From assembly GCA_963665115.1 (NCBI GenBank), contig OY762007.1, forward strand, positions 1,888,001 to 1,952,000: a DNA stretch of 64,000 nucleotides, written 5' to 3'. The position numbers were made by a program, and so were the translations under genes. Within the stretch, counting starts at the first letter, position 1; each line of letters opens with the position of its first letter. Below the pieces are notes generated by a model, which was not told the origin of the DNA, made no database searches, and saw nothing but the letters and a program-made list of their open reading frames with translations. Shown one piece after another: positions 44,795-55,861 of this stretch. The stretch is from an uncultured Rivularia sp. GTDB taxonomy: Bacteria > Cyanobacteriota > Cyanobacteriia > Cyanobacteriales > Nostocaceae.

Positions 44795-46208
44795 ATGTCC
44801 CAACCAATCGAAATTCGCAACCCCCGCACGGGAAAATATGATTACGTAATTGTACCGCCACCAGAGAAGCTTTTAGTACAGCAATGCAATCGTCTGCGGA
44901 GAGCGCAACAAAATTGGTTTGATTTGGGTTTAAATGCAAGAATTGATGCTTTATTGGAATTGAAAGATACCATATACTCGACGCAGGATGTATTGATAGA
45001 AGCTTTGACAATTGATACGGGTAGACTTCGAGAATCTAAGTTAGAAGTTGATTCATTTTTTTCCACTATTGAAAGATGGTGTCGGCTAAGTTCAAAATTA
45101 TTGCAAGACACTGAAAAAGGAACCTCAATTCCGTTCGTTAATTTGCAACAAACCGCAGTACCTTATGCTTTAGTTAGCGTTATTAGCCCTTGGAATTTTC
45201 CTTTATTATTATCAACTATTGATGCTATCCCCGCATTATTAGCAGGTTGTGCGGTAATCGTTAAACCCAGCGAACTTACGCCTAGATTTATGGCTCCTTT
45301 GATGAGTGCAATTAGTAATATTCCCCACCTACGGGATATATTAACTTTTATTGAAGGGGATGCTAAAACGGGGGCGAATTTGGTTGAAAATGTAGATATG
45401 GTATGCTTTACAGGCAGTGTAGAAACAGGACAACAAGTTGCGATCGCAGCAGCTCGTCGTTTCATTCCTGCTTTTTTAGAATTAGGAGGAAAAGATCCAG
45501 CAATTGTATTAGAATCGGCAGATATAGAGTTAGCAACTTCTGCTATATTATGGGGTTTCTGTAGTTAACAGCGGGCAATCATGTCTTTCAATTGAGAGAA
45601 TTTATGTTGATAAGAATATTTATGAAGATTTTTATCATAAACTCGTAGCCAAAGCACATAAAATAAACCTTGCTTATCCGACATTAGAAAGTGGAGAAAT
45701 AGGACCAATTATTTCAGAAAAGCAAGCAGCAATAATCAACGAACATTTACAAGATGCTGTAGAAAAAGGTGCAGTAATTCACTGCGGTGGTGAAGTTGAA
45801 AAAATAGGTGGTGGTTGGTGGTGTCACCCTACAGTAATTACCGAAGTAAATCATGATATGAAGCTAATGAACGAAGAAACATTTGCTCCAATAATGCCAA
45901 TAATGTCTTTTTCTACAGTACAAGAAGCCATAGAATTAGCAAACGACACCTACTATGGATTAAGTGCCGCAGTATTTGCAGAATCGCCAGAGGAAGCATT
46001 AGAAATAGCCCGTCAAATAGATGCAGGTGCCATAAGCATTAACGATACAGGTTTAACAAGTATGATGCACGAAGCCGAAAAAAACGCCTTCAAATTTTCC
46101 GGTTTAGGAGCCTCCCGCATGGGTGCATCAGCATTAACAAGATTTATCCGCAAAAAAGCATTTTTGATCAAGACTAACGATGATTACGATCCTTGGTGGT
46201 TTGAGTAG
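44795..46208 (+). CDS. aldehyde dehydrogenase; +1 frameshift near 45552-45558
   Basis: SPWNFP, VKPSE, FTGS, LELGGKDP, repaired WG|SVVNSGQSCLSIER (catalytic Cys), EETFAP, YGLSAAVF. Confidence 0.9.
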
Positions 46209-46459
46209 TGAGCGGGGATTGGGCATAGGGCATAGGGGATTGGGCATTGGTAATTGGTAATTGGTAATTGGACGAACAAGATTATAGAATAGCGAGAAAT
46301 ATCATAAAATAGCGAGATTATAAAATAGCAAGCAAGATGCATATCCTAACGGACACACTACAGCAATTAAGTAATAAAGGTTCGTAGAAATCCTTCTCCC
46401 CCATGCCCAATTCCCCAATAATTGATAATTGATAACTGATAATTGATAATTGAATTGTT

Positions 46460-47863
46460 ATGCCAAAATCTGAAAAAATAAATTACTCAAATCCCAGCGG
46501 TTTTCCTGAATTTTTACCTGGTGAAAAGCGCTTAGAATCTTATTTGATGGATACTATCCGTAAGGTATATGAAAGTTACGGATTTACGCCGATTGAAACT
46601 CCTGCTGTGGAACGTTTGGAGGTTCTGCAAGCTAAGGGAAATCAAGGTGATAATATCGTCTACGGTATCAGTCCAATTTTACCGCCGAATAAACAAGCTG
46701 AAAAAGAAGAATCAGGTAAAAGTAAATCCGATGATAATAATTCGGAAGCTAGAGCATTAAAGTTCGATCAAACTGTTCCTTTAGCGGCTTATATTGCCCG
46801 AAACTTAAATAATTTAACTTTTCCCTTTGCTCGCTATCAAATGGATGTTGTATTTCGCGGGGAAAGAGCAAAAGATGGACGTTTTCGCCAGTTTCGTCAA
46901 TGCGATATTGACGTTATTGCTCGTCGGGAATTGAGTTTACTTTATGATGCTCAAATGCCTGCAATTATCTCGGAGATATTTGAAGCTGTAAATATTGGCG
47001 ATTTTCTGATTCGGATCAATAATCGTAAGGTTTTGACTGGTTTCTTTGAGTCGGTTGGTGTTACCGCAGACAAAATTAAAACCTGCGTCGGAATAATTGA
47101 TAATTTAGAGAAAATTGGCGAAGCTAAAGTAAAAAAAGAGTTAGAAAAAGAAGGTATTTCGGCGGAACAAACGGATAAAATTATTGAATTTGTTAAAATA
47201 AAAGGTTCGGTAGATGAGGTTTTGAGTAAACTGAAGCATCTTACTGAAAGTATGCCAGAAGCCGAGCAATTTAAATTAGGCTTAAATGAATTAGAAACCG
47301 TTATTTCCGGAGTTCGCGATTTAGGAGTTGCCGACAATCGCTATTGCATCGATTTATCAATTGCTCGTGGATTAGATTATTATACCGGCACCGTTTACGA
47401 AACAACTTTGCTAGGACATGAAGCGTTAGGAAGTATATGTTCTGGTGGAAGATATGAAGAGTTAGTCGGAACATTTTTAGGCGAAAAAATGCCGGGTGTT
47501 GGTATTTCTATCGGTTTAACTCGGTTGATGAGTAGATTATTAAAAGCTGATATTTTAAAGAGTTTACCCGCGACACCAGCACAGGTAATGGTAGTTAATT
47601 TACAAGCCGAATTGATGCCACTTTATTTAAAGATATCTCAACAATTGCGTCAAACAGGAATTAACGTCATTACCAGCTTTGATAAACGCGGATTAGGTAA
47701 ACAGTTTCAAGCCGCCGATAAACAAGGAATTCAATTTTGTGTAATTATTGGTGCTGATGAAGCTGAAGCGCAAAAATCCAATTTGAAAGATTTAAAATCT
47801 GGCGAACAAATTGAAGTTACTCTGGATAAATTAGCAGAGGAAATTAAGCAAAGATTGGGATAA
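46460..47863 (+). CDS. hisS: histidine--tRNA ligase
   Basis: FRGERAKDGRFRQFRQCD, ARGLDYYTG, GGRY, GISIGLTRL, C-terminal anticodon-binding domain. Confidence 0.96.
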   Translation: MPKSEKINYSNPSGFPEFLPGEKRLESYLMDTIRKVYESYGFTPIETPAVERLEVLQAKGNQGDNIVYGISPILPPNKQAEKEESGKSKSDDNNSEARALKFDQTVPLAAYIARNLNNLTFPFARYQMDVVFRGERAKDGRFRQFRQCDIDVIARRELSLLYDAQMPAIISEIFEAVNIGDFLIRINNRKVLTGFFESVGVTADKIKTCVGIIDNLEKIGEAKVKKELEKEGISAEQTDKIIEFVKIKGSVDEVLSKLKHLTESMPEAEQFKLGLNELETVISGVRDLGVADNRYCIDLSIARGLDYYTGTVYETTLLGHEALGSICSGGRYEELVGTFLGEKMPGVGISIGLTRLMSRLLKADILKSLPATPAQVMVVNLQAELMPLYLKISQQLRQTGINVITSFDKRGLGKQFQAADKQGIQFCVIIGADEAEAQKSNLKDLKSGEQIEVTLDKLAEEIKQRLG

Positions 47864-47901
47864 TCAACATCCTCACTAAGGAAAAGGGATAAAGTTGAAT
47901 T

Positions 47902-48016
47902 TATCGCGGTTTTCATGCTTGAAGAATACACGAAACTACTCCCCTTCCCCTCTCCTTAATAAGGAGAGGGGTGCCCTTTAGGGCGGGGTGAGGTTCCGAG
48001 TGTATTACAAATTGAT
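47902..48016. repeat. MITE/REP-like hairpin element
   Basis: CCCCTCTCCTTAATAAGGAGAGGGG hairpin and GGGGTGAGGT motif, bracketed by AATACAC/GTGTATT. Confidence 0.5.
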
Positions 48017-48074
48017 CCCCAGATTGAAGCCTGGGAACGATAAAAATAAAGCTCAAAAATAATAGGTGTATCTG

Positions 48075-48893
48075 ATGAGTAAAAAAATCAAAAGAGCATT
48101 TTTAGACACCGAAGATGGACAGATCCATTATCGAATTGGTGGTGAAGGAGAAGCACTTTTGTTACTGCACATGAATCCCCGCAGTAGCGATGAGTATCGG
48201 GAATTAATGCCACTCTTGATTGACAAATATCAGGTGGTTGCAATGGATTTTATGGGACTTGGTGATTCCGATAAACCGCCAAGAATGTATTCTATTTTAG
48301 ACTATGCCAAAACTGTTATTGCTTTATTAGATGAGTTGAGTATTGAAAAAGTAAATTTATTAGGAAATCTTACTGGTGCTTTCGTTGCTGTGGAAGTAGC
48401 AATATCCTATCCAGAAAGAGTAAACAAACTGATTTTATGTAATTTAGTGGCTTTTGACGAACAAGGCAAAGCTAAATTCATGAGATCATCCGATCAACCT
48501 TTACAAGTAGAAGAAGATGGTTCGCATCTCATGAAAAGATGGACAGCACGGCAAAAAGTTGCTGATTCTGCTGAATTAAATCACCGTCTTGTGTTAGACG
48601 ATTTAAAATGTTTTGGCTATCCTCTATATACAGTTTGGGCTGTAGCAAATTGCTGTTTAGATGTACAACAAAAAATTAAAAATATAAAATGTCCTACTTT
48701 GATAGTTTGGGGTTTGGAAAACATGAAACAATTTGAAAAATTGGGCTTGGTTTTAGTAAAAGATAGATTATTAATTTCTCAGGCTATTCCCCAGGCTAAA
48801 GTGATGGAATTTGCTGATGGAACAATCTGTATGATGAATCAAATTCCTGAAAAAATAGCAGATTCGGTTTTAGATTTTTTAGATGAGGAATAG
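48075..48893 (+). CDS. alpha/beta hydrolase-fold protein with atypical active site
   Basis: GQIHY, LLLH, D.MG.GDSD, elbow G-N-L-T-G, YPERV..LIL, IKCPTLIVWG. Confidence 0.85.
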   Translation: MSKKIKRAFLDTEDGQIHYRIGGEGEALLLLHMNPRSSDEYRELMPLLIDKYQVVAMDFMGLGDSDKPPRMYSILDYAKTVIALLDELSIEKVNLLGNLTGAFVAVEVAISYPERVNKLILCNLVAFDEQGKAKFMRSSDQPLQVEEDGSHLMKRWTARQKVADSAELNHRLVLDDLKCFGYPLYTVWAVANCCLDVQQKIKNIKCPTLIVWGLENMKQFEKLGLVLVKDRLLISQAIPQAKVMEFADGTICMMNQIPEKIADSVLDFLDEE

Positions 48894-48963
48894 AAATCAA
48901 TTACCTCGAAACCTTCTTTGCGAACAGAAAAGGTAAAAGGTAAAAGATCGAAATATATCAACT

Positions 48964-49743
48964 CTATTCCAGCAAAAATCTCCGCTTCACCTGTTGTACC
49001 GGCCTGGCATTCATGGGAAAAACTTTTGCAAACTTCTTAACTTGTGGAGAAGAAATTTCCACGGGTTCTTTTAAAACAATCCAGTTTACCGTTTCCGAAC
49101 AAGGTGGTGTAGTCAAAGAACCAAAATAACGATAATAATCTTTGTCTTCTGGTAACAAGTCAGAAACATTAATATTTACATTCGATACCGTTTTTTCGCG
49201 ACTTTCTTTCATCGGCATTGCTTGCCAAATTTCTTGTAAAGTCGGGTTTGGTTTACCTTGTTTAAGAAAAACACCAATCACAGCTAAAGCACCTTTTTCA
49301 CTCTTATGAACTAAGTGCAATTCCATCGGTAATGCTTTTCCCTCAACCTTATGTTCGCTGGGGAGATGGAAGTGAAACTGTAGTAATTCATAAGGCTCAC
49401 CATCAAGAGTTAAAATGTTTCCCGGTTGATAATTGACCTTGATAGTATGACCATTATTAACAATACGAAGAGGAGTATCTTTATAGTTTATTTTTAAATC
49501 CGGTAAATCCGCATCAACTGCCGATTCAAGATTAACTGGAGATTGACTTTTACCCGATTGACAAACTTCAAAATCAGATGACAGAGTTCCCCAATTTGCA
49601 GGGCCTTTCTCACCAATATAACCCCAATGAGATTTACCTTTTTCTTTTGTTGCTGAGGTTAATGAATCACAGCCAAACAAAGAACTTGCTGCAATCCCAG
49701 TAGCTGTAAATAATCCCTTTTTGAGTAATTGTCTTCTATCCAT
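48964..49743 (-). CDS. ecaA: alpha-class carbonic anhydrase, Tat-exported
   Basis: DRRQLLK Tat motif, QSPVN, NNGHT, QFHFH, ELHLVH, GSLTTPPCSE, NARP.Q. Confidence 0.92.
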   Translation of the reverse strand: MDRRQLLKKGLFTATGIAASSLFGCDSLTSATKEKGKSHWGYIGEKGPANWGTLSSDFEVCQSGKSQSPVNLESAVDADLPDLKINYKDTPLRIVNNGHTIKVNYQPGNILTLDGEPYELLQFHFHLPSEHKVEGKALPMELHLVHKSEKGALAVIGVFLKQGKPNPTLQEIWQAMPMKESREKTVSNVNINVSDLLPEDKDYYRYFGSLTTPPCSETVNWIVLKEPVEISSPQVKKFAKVFPMNARPVQQVKRRFLLE

Positions 49744-49941
49744 ATGTTTCGCTGCGATAAACTTGAATTTGGCATTGCTGTATCTGCCTCAACTAATTTC
49801 TGCTGTATTTAGTCAAGTATATCAAAATATATTTTATAGATAAATAATTAATTTGTCACATCTAATGTTGATAATTGATTTTTATTATTATTCGCTTGGG
49901 ATTTTTTTGTTGTTTTTTATTTACTTTCAGGTTAAATATTT

Positions 49942-49957
49942 TGTAATTACCTTTACA
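49942..49957. promoter_or_regulatory. candidate NtcA box
   Basis: TGTA-ATTACCTT-TACA between divergent ecaA and NTF2 genes; TACTTT 24 nt downstream. Short motif in AT-rich DNA. Confidence 0.3.
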
Positions 49958-50048
49958 GGTTGTATCATTTAAGCTCAAAATACTTTGGATAAGAATACAA
50001 TCCTGTTACACAGTATTTAATATTAAATAGAGGAAAATCTAGAATCTA

Positions 50049-50447
50049 ATGACCCAAAATTCAGAGAACACCTTAAAAGTCGCACATCAAGCATTTGAAT
50101 TTTTTACTTATGGTTTAGCAACTGGGGAATGGAATAATTTTTTAGAAATGCTTACAGAAGACTTTAGTTTCTGGTTTCCCCAAGGAAAATATCACGGTTT
50201 AAATATTGGAAAACAGCAAGCCAGAGAATTTTTTGAATACGTTTCCCAAGCCTTTAGTTCGGGAATCACAATAACTTCCGTTGAAAGAGTTACCAGCAAC
50301 GATACAACAGTTGTACTTGAATTTTGCGACGAAGGAAAATTAATGGGAAAACCTTATAAAAACAGAGTCGCAGTATCCTTTGATGTACGTGGAGATAAAA
50401 TTTGCGGATACCGCGAATACTTTGGAAGCGATGGTAAATCTAATTAA
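50049..50447 (+). CDS. SnoaL/NTF2-like protein
   Basis: LTEDF.FWFP.G, G....REFF, YKNRVAVSFDVRGDKI..YREYFG. Confidence 0.85.
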   Translation: MTQNSENTLKVAHQAFEFFTYGLATGEWNNFLEMLTEDFSFWFPQGKYHGLNIGKQQAREFFEYVSQAFSSGITITSVERVTSNDTTVVLEFCDEGKLMGKPYKNRVAVSFDVRGDKICGYREYFGSDGKSN

Positions 50448-50499
50448 ATCAATTATCAATTATCAATTACCAATTATCAATTATCAATTACCAATTACC

Positions 50500-50964
50500 T
50501 TAATTATTTTCAATATTTGGTTGATTAAGTTCTTCATATTTTGCAGCAGCAGCTTCGTATGCTGATAAATATTCTTTACCACCTAAAATAACATCCCCAT
50601 AATATTCATAAGGTGCATCACCATAAATTGGCAAGGGGTCATCTTCTGGATAATCCTCTTTTGACTCTTCAATTATCTTTTTAAGTTTTTTGACAGTAAA
50701 AGTTTGTGCTGTGAAATACCACATTTTTTGAGATTTATCGGTTAAATGCGGTAAATTGGGGTCGATTATTCGAGATTCTATTTCTATCCAAGCGTGTTCG
50801 AGAAGTTGATAAGACTTGCGTTTAATAATCAAAAAACCTTGAGCATAAACTGCACCTTCAGTAGCCAATACTGCTTTATAAGCATTGTCAAAAGGTTTTT
50901 TGGCCCTAGTCTCGATTTGAGCGGCAATTTCTCGCGAAGCAGTTTCATCAAGTAACTTATCCAT
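50500..50964 (-). CDS. hypothetical protein
   Basis: About 154-aa ORF with Y.QGF and EHAWIE...IIDP motifs. Confidence 0.75.
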   Translation of the reverse strand: MDKLLDETASREIAAQIETRAKKPFDNAYKAVLATEGAVYAQGFLIIKRKSYQLLEHAWIEIESRIIDPNLPHLTDKSQKMWYFTAQTFTVKKLKKIIEESKEDYPEDDPLPIYGDAPYEYYGDVILGGKEYLSAYEAAAAKYEELNQPNIENN

Positions 50965-51197
50965 CAGCAAGGATAAAAGCAAAGAGTACAGTTTACAGTT
51001 TACAGTTTACAGTGACCAGTGGGGAAGGAGATGGGGAGATTATTAAAGTAATGAGTAGCGAGTAGCGAGTAGTGAGTAAAAAGTAATGAGTAATAATTAG
51101 GGAATAGGTAGATCGTTGAGGAGCCGACAATAAGAATGAATTGGTAGCTTACTTGCTACTTGCTACTTACTACTCTTTACTCCTAACTCCTAACTCC

Positions 51198-54137
51198 CTA
51201 CTTCTGAGCAAATCCGATCGTAACTACTGCTAGTAAAATCAATATTCCTAAAGCTACTAGTGCTGCAAATAAAACTTTTTGGTAAATGCGATTGAGTTTG
51301 TCTTCGCTGAGTTTTCTTTGATTTCTCTCTCTCTTCAATTCTGCAATTAATTCGTTGATTCTAGGTTTCTGCTGTTTCTGAATAAATGCTGCTAAATAAT
51401 CATGTACGAGTTGATATCTATCGGCAGGTTTTTCGGGTATCAAAACTACTATGCCTGCTTCTACAAAAATCCGCAGTACTAAGTCTAACTGATTGGTTTC
51501 TTTGCTTAAATCTTCTAAGGATAAGGCTCGTAAATCTCTTTCTAGTTCCGAACGAGTTTTCAGCGGACGAGTTCCTTTTTCATCCGTGAGTAAATATAAT
51601 ATTAATTCGGCAACTTGACGATTAATCTCACCGCAATCTTCTACTACTTCTTTCATGTAGCGTTTGACTAATTCTTCTTTTGGTCCGCAATTTTGATATT
51701 GTACTAATGTAGTAATATTTTCTGTTTGTAGTTGCGCTCCGACTACTTGTAATTCAATCGGACGCACTTCTCCATATTTAGCTGATAAATCTTGCACTAG
51801 TTTTTCTATAAAACTTGCTTCTAAATGAAAATTAGAATGTTGTGTTAAGCGTTCAATTAAAGATTTTGCGTCCGCAGAAGCAAAGTTATCTAATTTATAA
51901 AGAATATTTTTACTAAGAATATCATTGTTAATAATATTCATGCTCGATAAACGATTGCATTCGAGTAAATAATGCAGGTAATCTTCCCTTAATGATAATA
52001 CAACTTTCACGCTTAAAATATTTAAACATTCTCCCATGAATTCAAAAAATTGCTTTCTTCGATAAGCTGAATCATAAACAAAGAAGAATTCTTCAAATTG
52101 GTCAAAAATTAATACTATTCTTAAATTACGCCATTCACTTTGTCGCAATAACTCTAATATATCTTCTGGTGATTCGGGATTAGAGAATGGAAACTGATAA
52201 ACTTTTTTCCAGGCTTCTCCTTCCATTCCAAATTGGATTCCTTTGGATTTTAACGCTTGAACTAATAGTTTTCCTAATTCATATACCCAATTAGTGTAAG
52301 TTCTAACCTTGACTGGTACTATCTCTTGTAAACCAATAGAACTATGCTTTAAAGCTGGTACTAATCCAGCCTGTACTAAAGAACTTTTTCCTACACCAGA
52401 ATACCCATGAATTACGATCATTTTACAGTCGGGACGAGCAATTTTTTCTAATAACTTTTTTACATCCTTTCCTCTACCGGATGCAGTCATTTCTGGTGCA
52501 ACCGTTTCTAATACAGATGCTGACTGTATTGAAGCTGTATGTAAAGTTTCTACAATTAATTTGGCTTGCCTTTGGGGTTGAATTATTCCCGCACCAATAA
52601 ACGCCCTAAAACCATATTGTTGTTCGATAGAACGCTGTTCTAATTTAATGCGAAATGCTTCTAAATAACGATGTTGTTCCCAATAAACTTCCTGCAAAGC
52701 TTGTAAAATACGAATATATTGATGTGGGTTATCCTGAGAACCAATATCCCGCGCCATCTGTAGATGTTTGACAGCTCGCGGTTTTTGTTCGAGATGTGTT
52801 TCTGCTATTGCTAATAACAGTAAATATAAAGCACGATGTTGTAACTGTGCTGAAGGTGCTTTAGCTATATTATGTAATGCTTGATAAGCATATTGTTTCG
52901 TTTGAGCATATTGATTTTGGCTAGTTGCAACTTCTGCCAAAAAGCCATATGCTTGCGCTACTCTTAAAGGATTTCCGTACAATTGCTGCAAATCTAAAGA
53001 CTGTTGAGCAATATTTTTTAACTCACTCCAATCCTCTAAACGCTGTAACACTTCACCCAAAGGATTGATAAATTTTGCAACTAAATTAGGACGATTTGCC
53101 TCAATAAAAATATTAATACTCTGTTGAAAATATTGCTTCGCTGCTTGTAAAAAAGCAACAGATTTTAAACGATATCTTTGAGCTTGTTGGAAATAGCATA
53201 ATCCGATATAAAACAAAATTACTCCCATGCGAAATTTTGAATTTGGAAGCAGGGGAGAGGGAGACAAGGGGATAGGGAGACAAGGGGATGAAGTAGATAA
53301 TTGATGAATATTAATTGAACTTTGCCAAAAAGCTAAACTTTGATGATAATACTTCAAAGCTTGTTCCATCTGATTTTTTAAATAAGCATCTTGTCCTAAA
53401 ACGAACTCTACACTAGCTTTAAGTACTGGTTCCAATTCATATCCCCTTCCCTGCAAATCTTGTAATGCAGTAGTCACCTCTCTACGACGCAGATATCCCA
53501 TTTGCCAACCCAAACAATAAGCATCTGCCGCCAAGGCTGTAGCAAATAAAGCATCGGTGTCTTTATGTAGAGTTGCAGTTAATTCCGCAGTTGCGATCGC
53601 AAACTCCGTAGTAGTAGCCCAACTCTCGAAATCGCTTGCAGAGCGCACCAATTGCGGCAAAACTTCATCCGTCACCCAAAGCACAACCGGGAAGTCAAAC
53701 CGCTTGCGAAACTCCTCCCGCACCTGATTTGTAGCACTCAACATTTGTTTTAAATTATCCACCGACTCTAAGTAAAAAACCATGACTGCATCCGGTGGAT
53801 TATCCTTAACCTCAGCAGCAATAATTCCATAAAGACTCTTGTCAGTACGCTTTAAATTCACAACCCGCACATCAATGTCGGTAAGCTGTCGCAACCGTTT
53901 TACCAATCGCGATCGCAATCTTAAATAATTACAACGCGCCAAAATCAACTTAAACTCACCTCTCGATGCTTCCAAAGTCCAAGCAAGTTCCTCCAAGCCC
54001 TCTTCGTTGGAGGATTGGGGGAGAGGGGTAGAGGGGGGAGAGGGGGGAGAGGGGGATGGGGAGATGGGGGGAGAGGGGGTAGAAATATCTAACTTGTCTC
54101 TTTGTAATCTTTTACTATCTTCTAACTCTTCACTCAT
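51198..54137 (-). CDS. TPR + nSTAND1-like NTPase ending in coiled coil and TM helix
   Basis: TPR-like helices, Walker A GYSGVGKSS, LIFDQFEE, SLREDY, LVHDYL; hydrophobic C-terminus. Confidence 0.8.
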   Translation of the reverse strand: MSEELEDSKRLQRDKLDISTPSPPISPSPSPPSPPSTPLPQSSNEEGLEELAWTLEASRGEFKLILARCNYLRLRSRLVKRLRQLTDIDVRVVNLKRTDKSLYGIIAAEVKDNPPDAVMVFYLESVDNLKQMLSATNQVREEFRKRFDFPVVLWVTDEVLPQLVRSASDFESWATTTEFAIATAELTATLHKDTDALFATALAADAYCLGWQMGYLRRREVTTALQDLQGRGYELEPVLKASVEFVLGQDAYLKNQMEQALKYYHQSLAFWQSSINIHQLSTSSPCLPIPLSPSPLLPNSKFRMGVILFYIGLCYFQQAQRYRLKSVAFLQAAKQYFQQSINIFIEANRPNLVAKFINPLGEVLQRLEDWSELKNIAQQSLDLQQLYGNPLRVAQAYGFLAEVATSQNQYAQTKQYAYQALHNIAKAPSAQLQHRALYLLLLAIAETHLEQKPRAVKHLQMARDIGSQDNPHQYIRILQALQEVYWEQHRYLEAFRIKLEQRSIEQQYGFRAFIGAGIIQPQRQAKLIVETLHTASIQSASVLETVAPEMTASGRGKDVKKLLEKIARPDCKMIVIHGYSGVGKSSLVQAGLVPALKHSSIGLQEIVPVKVRTYTNWVYELGKLLVQALKSKGIQFGMEGEAWKKVYQFPFSNPESPEDILELLRQSEWRNLRIVLIFDQFEEFFFVYDSAYRRKQFFEFMGECLNILSVKVVLSLREDYLHYLLECNRLSSMNIINNDILSKNILYKLDNFASADAKSLIERLTQHSNFHLEASFIEKLVQDLSAKYGEVRPIELQVVGAQLQTENITTLVQYQNCGPKEELVKRYMKEVVEDCGEINRQVAELILYLLTDEKGTRPLKTRSELERDLRALSLEDLSKETNQLDLVLRIFVEAGIVVLIPEKPADRYQLVHDYLAAFIQKQQKPRINELIAELKRERNQRKLSEDKLNRIYQKVLFAALVALGILILLAVVTIGFAQK

Positions 54138-54182
54138 AACTCTTAACTCCTAACTAACTGTAGACGTAGCAATGCTACGTCT

Positions 54183-55542
54183 CTACATTTCTTCCAACTC
54201 ATTCGCTTCTGCCAAAATCGGATTGATATCAAACCAAGATTCTCCACCAGCATCGCGATATTCAAATACCAAACGACTGTGAAACTAATGCTTGATACTC
54301 TAAATCTCCTCTAACCTTCTTCCGCTTTTTCACCTGACGCAATAATTCCCATTCATCATCGGAAATTTGCATAGTCATTTCGTTGCGACGGTAGCGAATT
54401 AAAGCTTCTAAAGTTTCACGAGATAAAGGAAGTTTTCTTTCTTTTTGAATCCAGTTATTCAACAATCGCAGCAAATCCCGCACGTGCCCGCCACTTACCT
54501 GACATAATCTATCTAAACTTTTGGCATTGTCGAAAACTTCAGTCATACGATTCAAACGCTGCTGGGGATTCAAATTCGGAAAAGCCCGCGCTAATACCAT
54601 TTGCCGTAACAATACCATTCCAGGTTCAAAAATACTTCCATCTGGTAATTCTACTGATACCATTGGTAACACCTTTGGATCTTCAGGAAATCGTTGAGTC
54701 AAATTTCCATAATCATTCGAGAACTTTAACGCCAAAGGCATTGTGTAAACAACATGACACCCTAACTTCGTTAAATACTCGCTCTGATCGATAAATAGAT
54801 ACTCTTGTTGCGGTCTTCCCCAAGACTTAGCGCGTGAATCTACCCGATCGAGATTATCTACAATCACTACCAACCCTTTCTTACCCTGTTGCTTCAATTT
54901 TTCTACAGCAGGTTCGAGTAATTCAGAATTAATCGCTTCTAACAACTTCGTTTTTTGAGGACCTAAATACTGATTAAGTCTGCCTCGTAAAGTAGCATCA
55001 TCCTTTGTTTTCGCCGTAATTTCTCCAATCCCAAAAGCTAGAGAAAACTTATCCTTATCCGAACTAACACCAACATCACCAACACCCGGAAGTTTAGCCT
55101 TCATCCCCACAACTTCAGCATTTAGAACCCGCCAAGCACCCTGTAGCAATTCCTTTAATAGACTCGGTTCATCCAAACTCATATCAGCTAGACTCTGACT
55201 AACCCGACGTGCCACACTTAGCAGGAAATCGCCAATATCAACATCAGCCATTTCCATATCTTCACTAGACTCAAAATAGACCACATAAAAGCCTTCCCCC
55301 TCCAACTCTGCTTTCAATCGCAATAACTCAGTAGACTTACCGCAACCGATATGTCCCGTAAACAAAACACAAGTAGGTCGATCCGGCGAGAAAAAAGTAA
55401 TATTATCCCGCAACTCCTGAATAATCTTGCCACCTCTTACCGAAGAAAAATCAATATAATACTTTTCATCTTCAGCATTTTCGATAACCAGAGTTTTGCT
55501 AGGATTCGTAGCCTGAAAAAACCTTCGTAAATCTATACCCAT
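54183..55542 (-). CDS. P-loop AAA-like ATPase; +1 frameshift at 54282-54284
   Basis: GHIGCGKSTEL, IVDNLDR, SGGHVRDL; repaired C-terminus LV|HSRLVFEYRD...WFDINPIL. Confidence 0.85.
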
Positions 55543-55861
55543 ACCACCAAACCCGTATTTTGTAATAACTTATTAGAAACTTCCAAAAAACAATTTATCC
55601 GAAATAATCGTAGTGTTCGTTGCATTAATTCCTACGGGTTTGTAGTAGGGACTTTAGTCCTTTAAGAGTTAAAGCCCTTACTACAAACCTTTTCCCTGCA
55701 TAATTAAGTAGAGTACCAAAAGAAAAATTAGAAATAATACTTAATCTGTAAGCACTAAAGCATTAAACTTATACAATGGTATATTCCAGATTAACAAAGT
55801 GTTAAGTGATAAAATATACTTTTTAGAATTAACTTACTGCTAAATTACAATTTAATTGATT

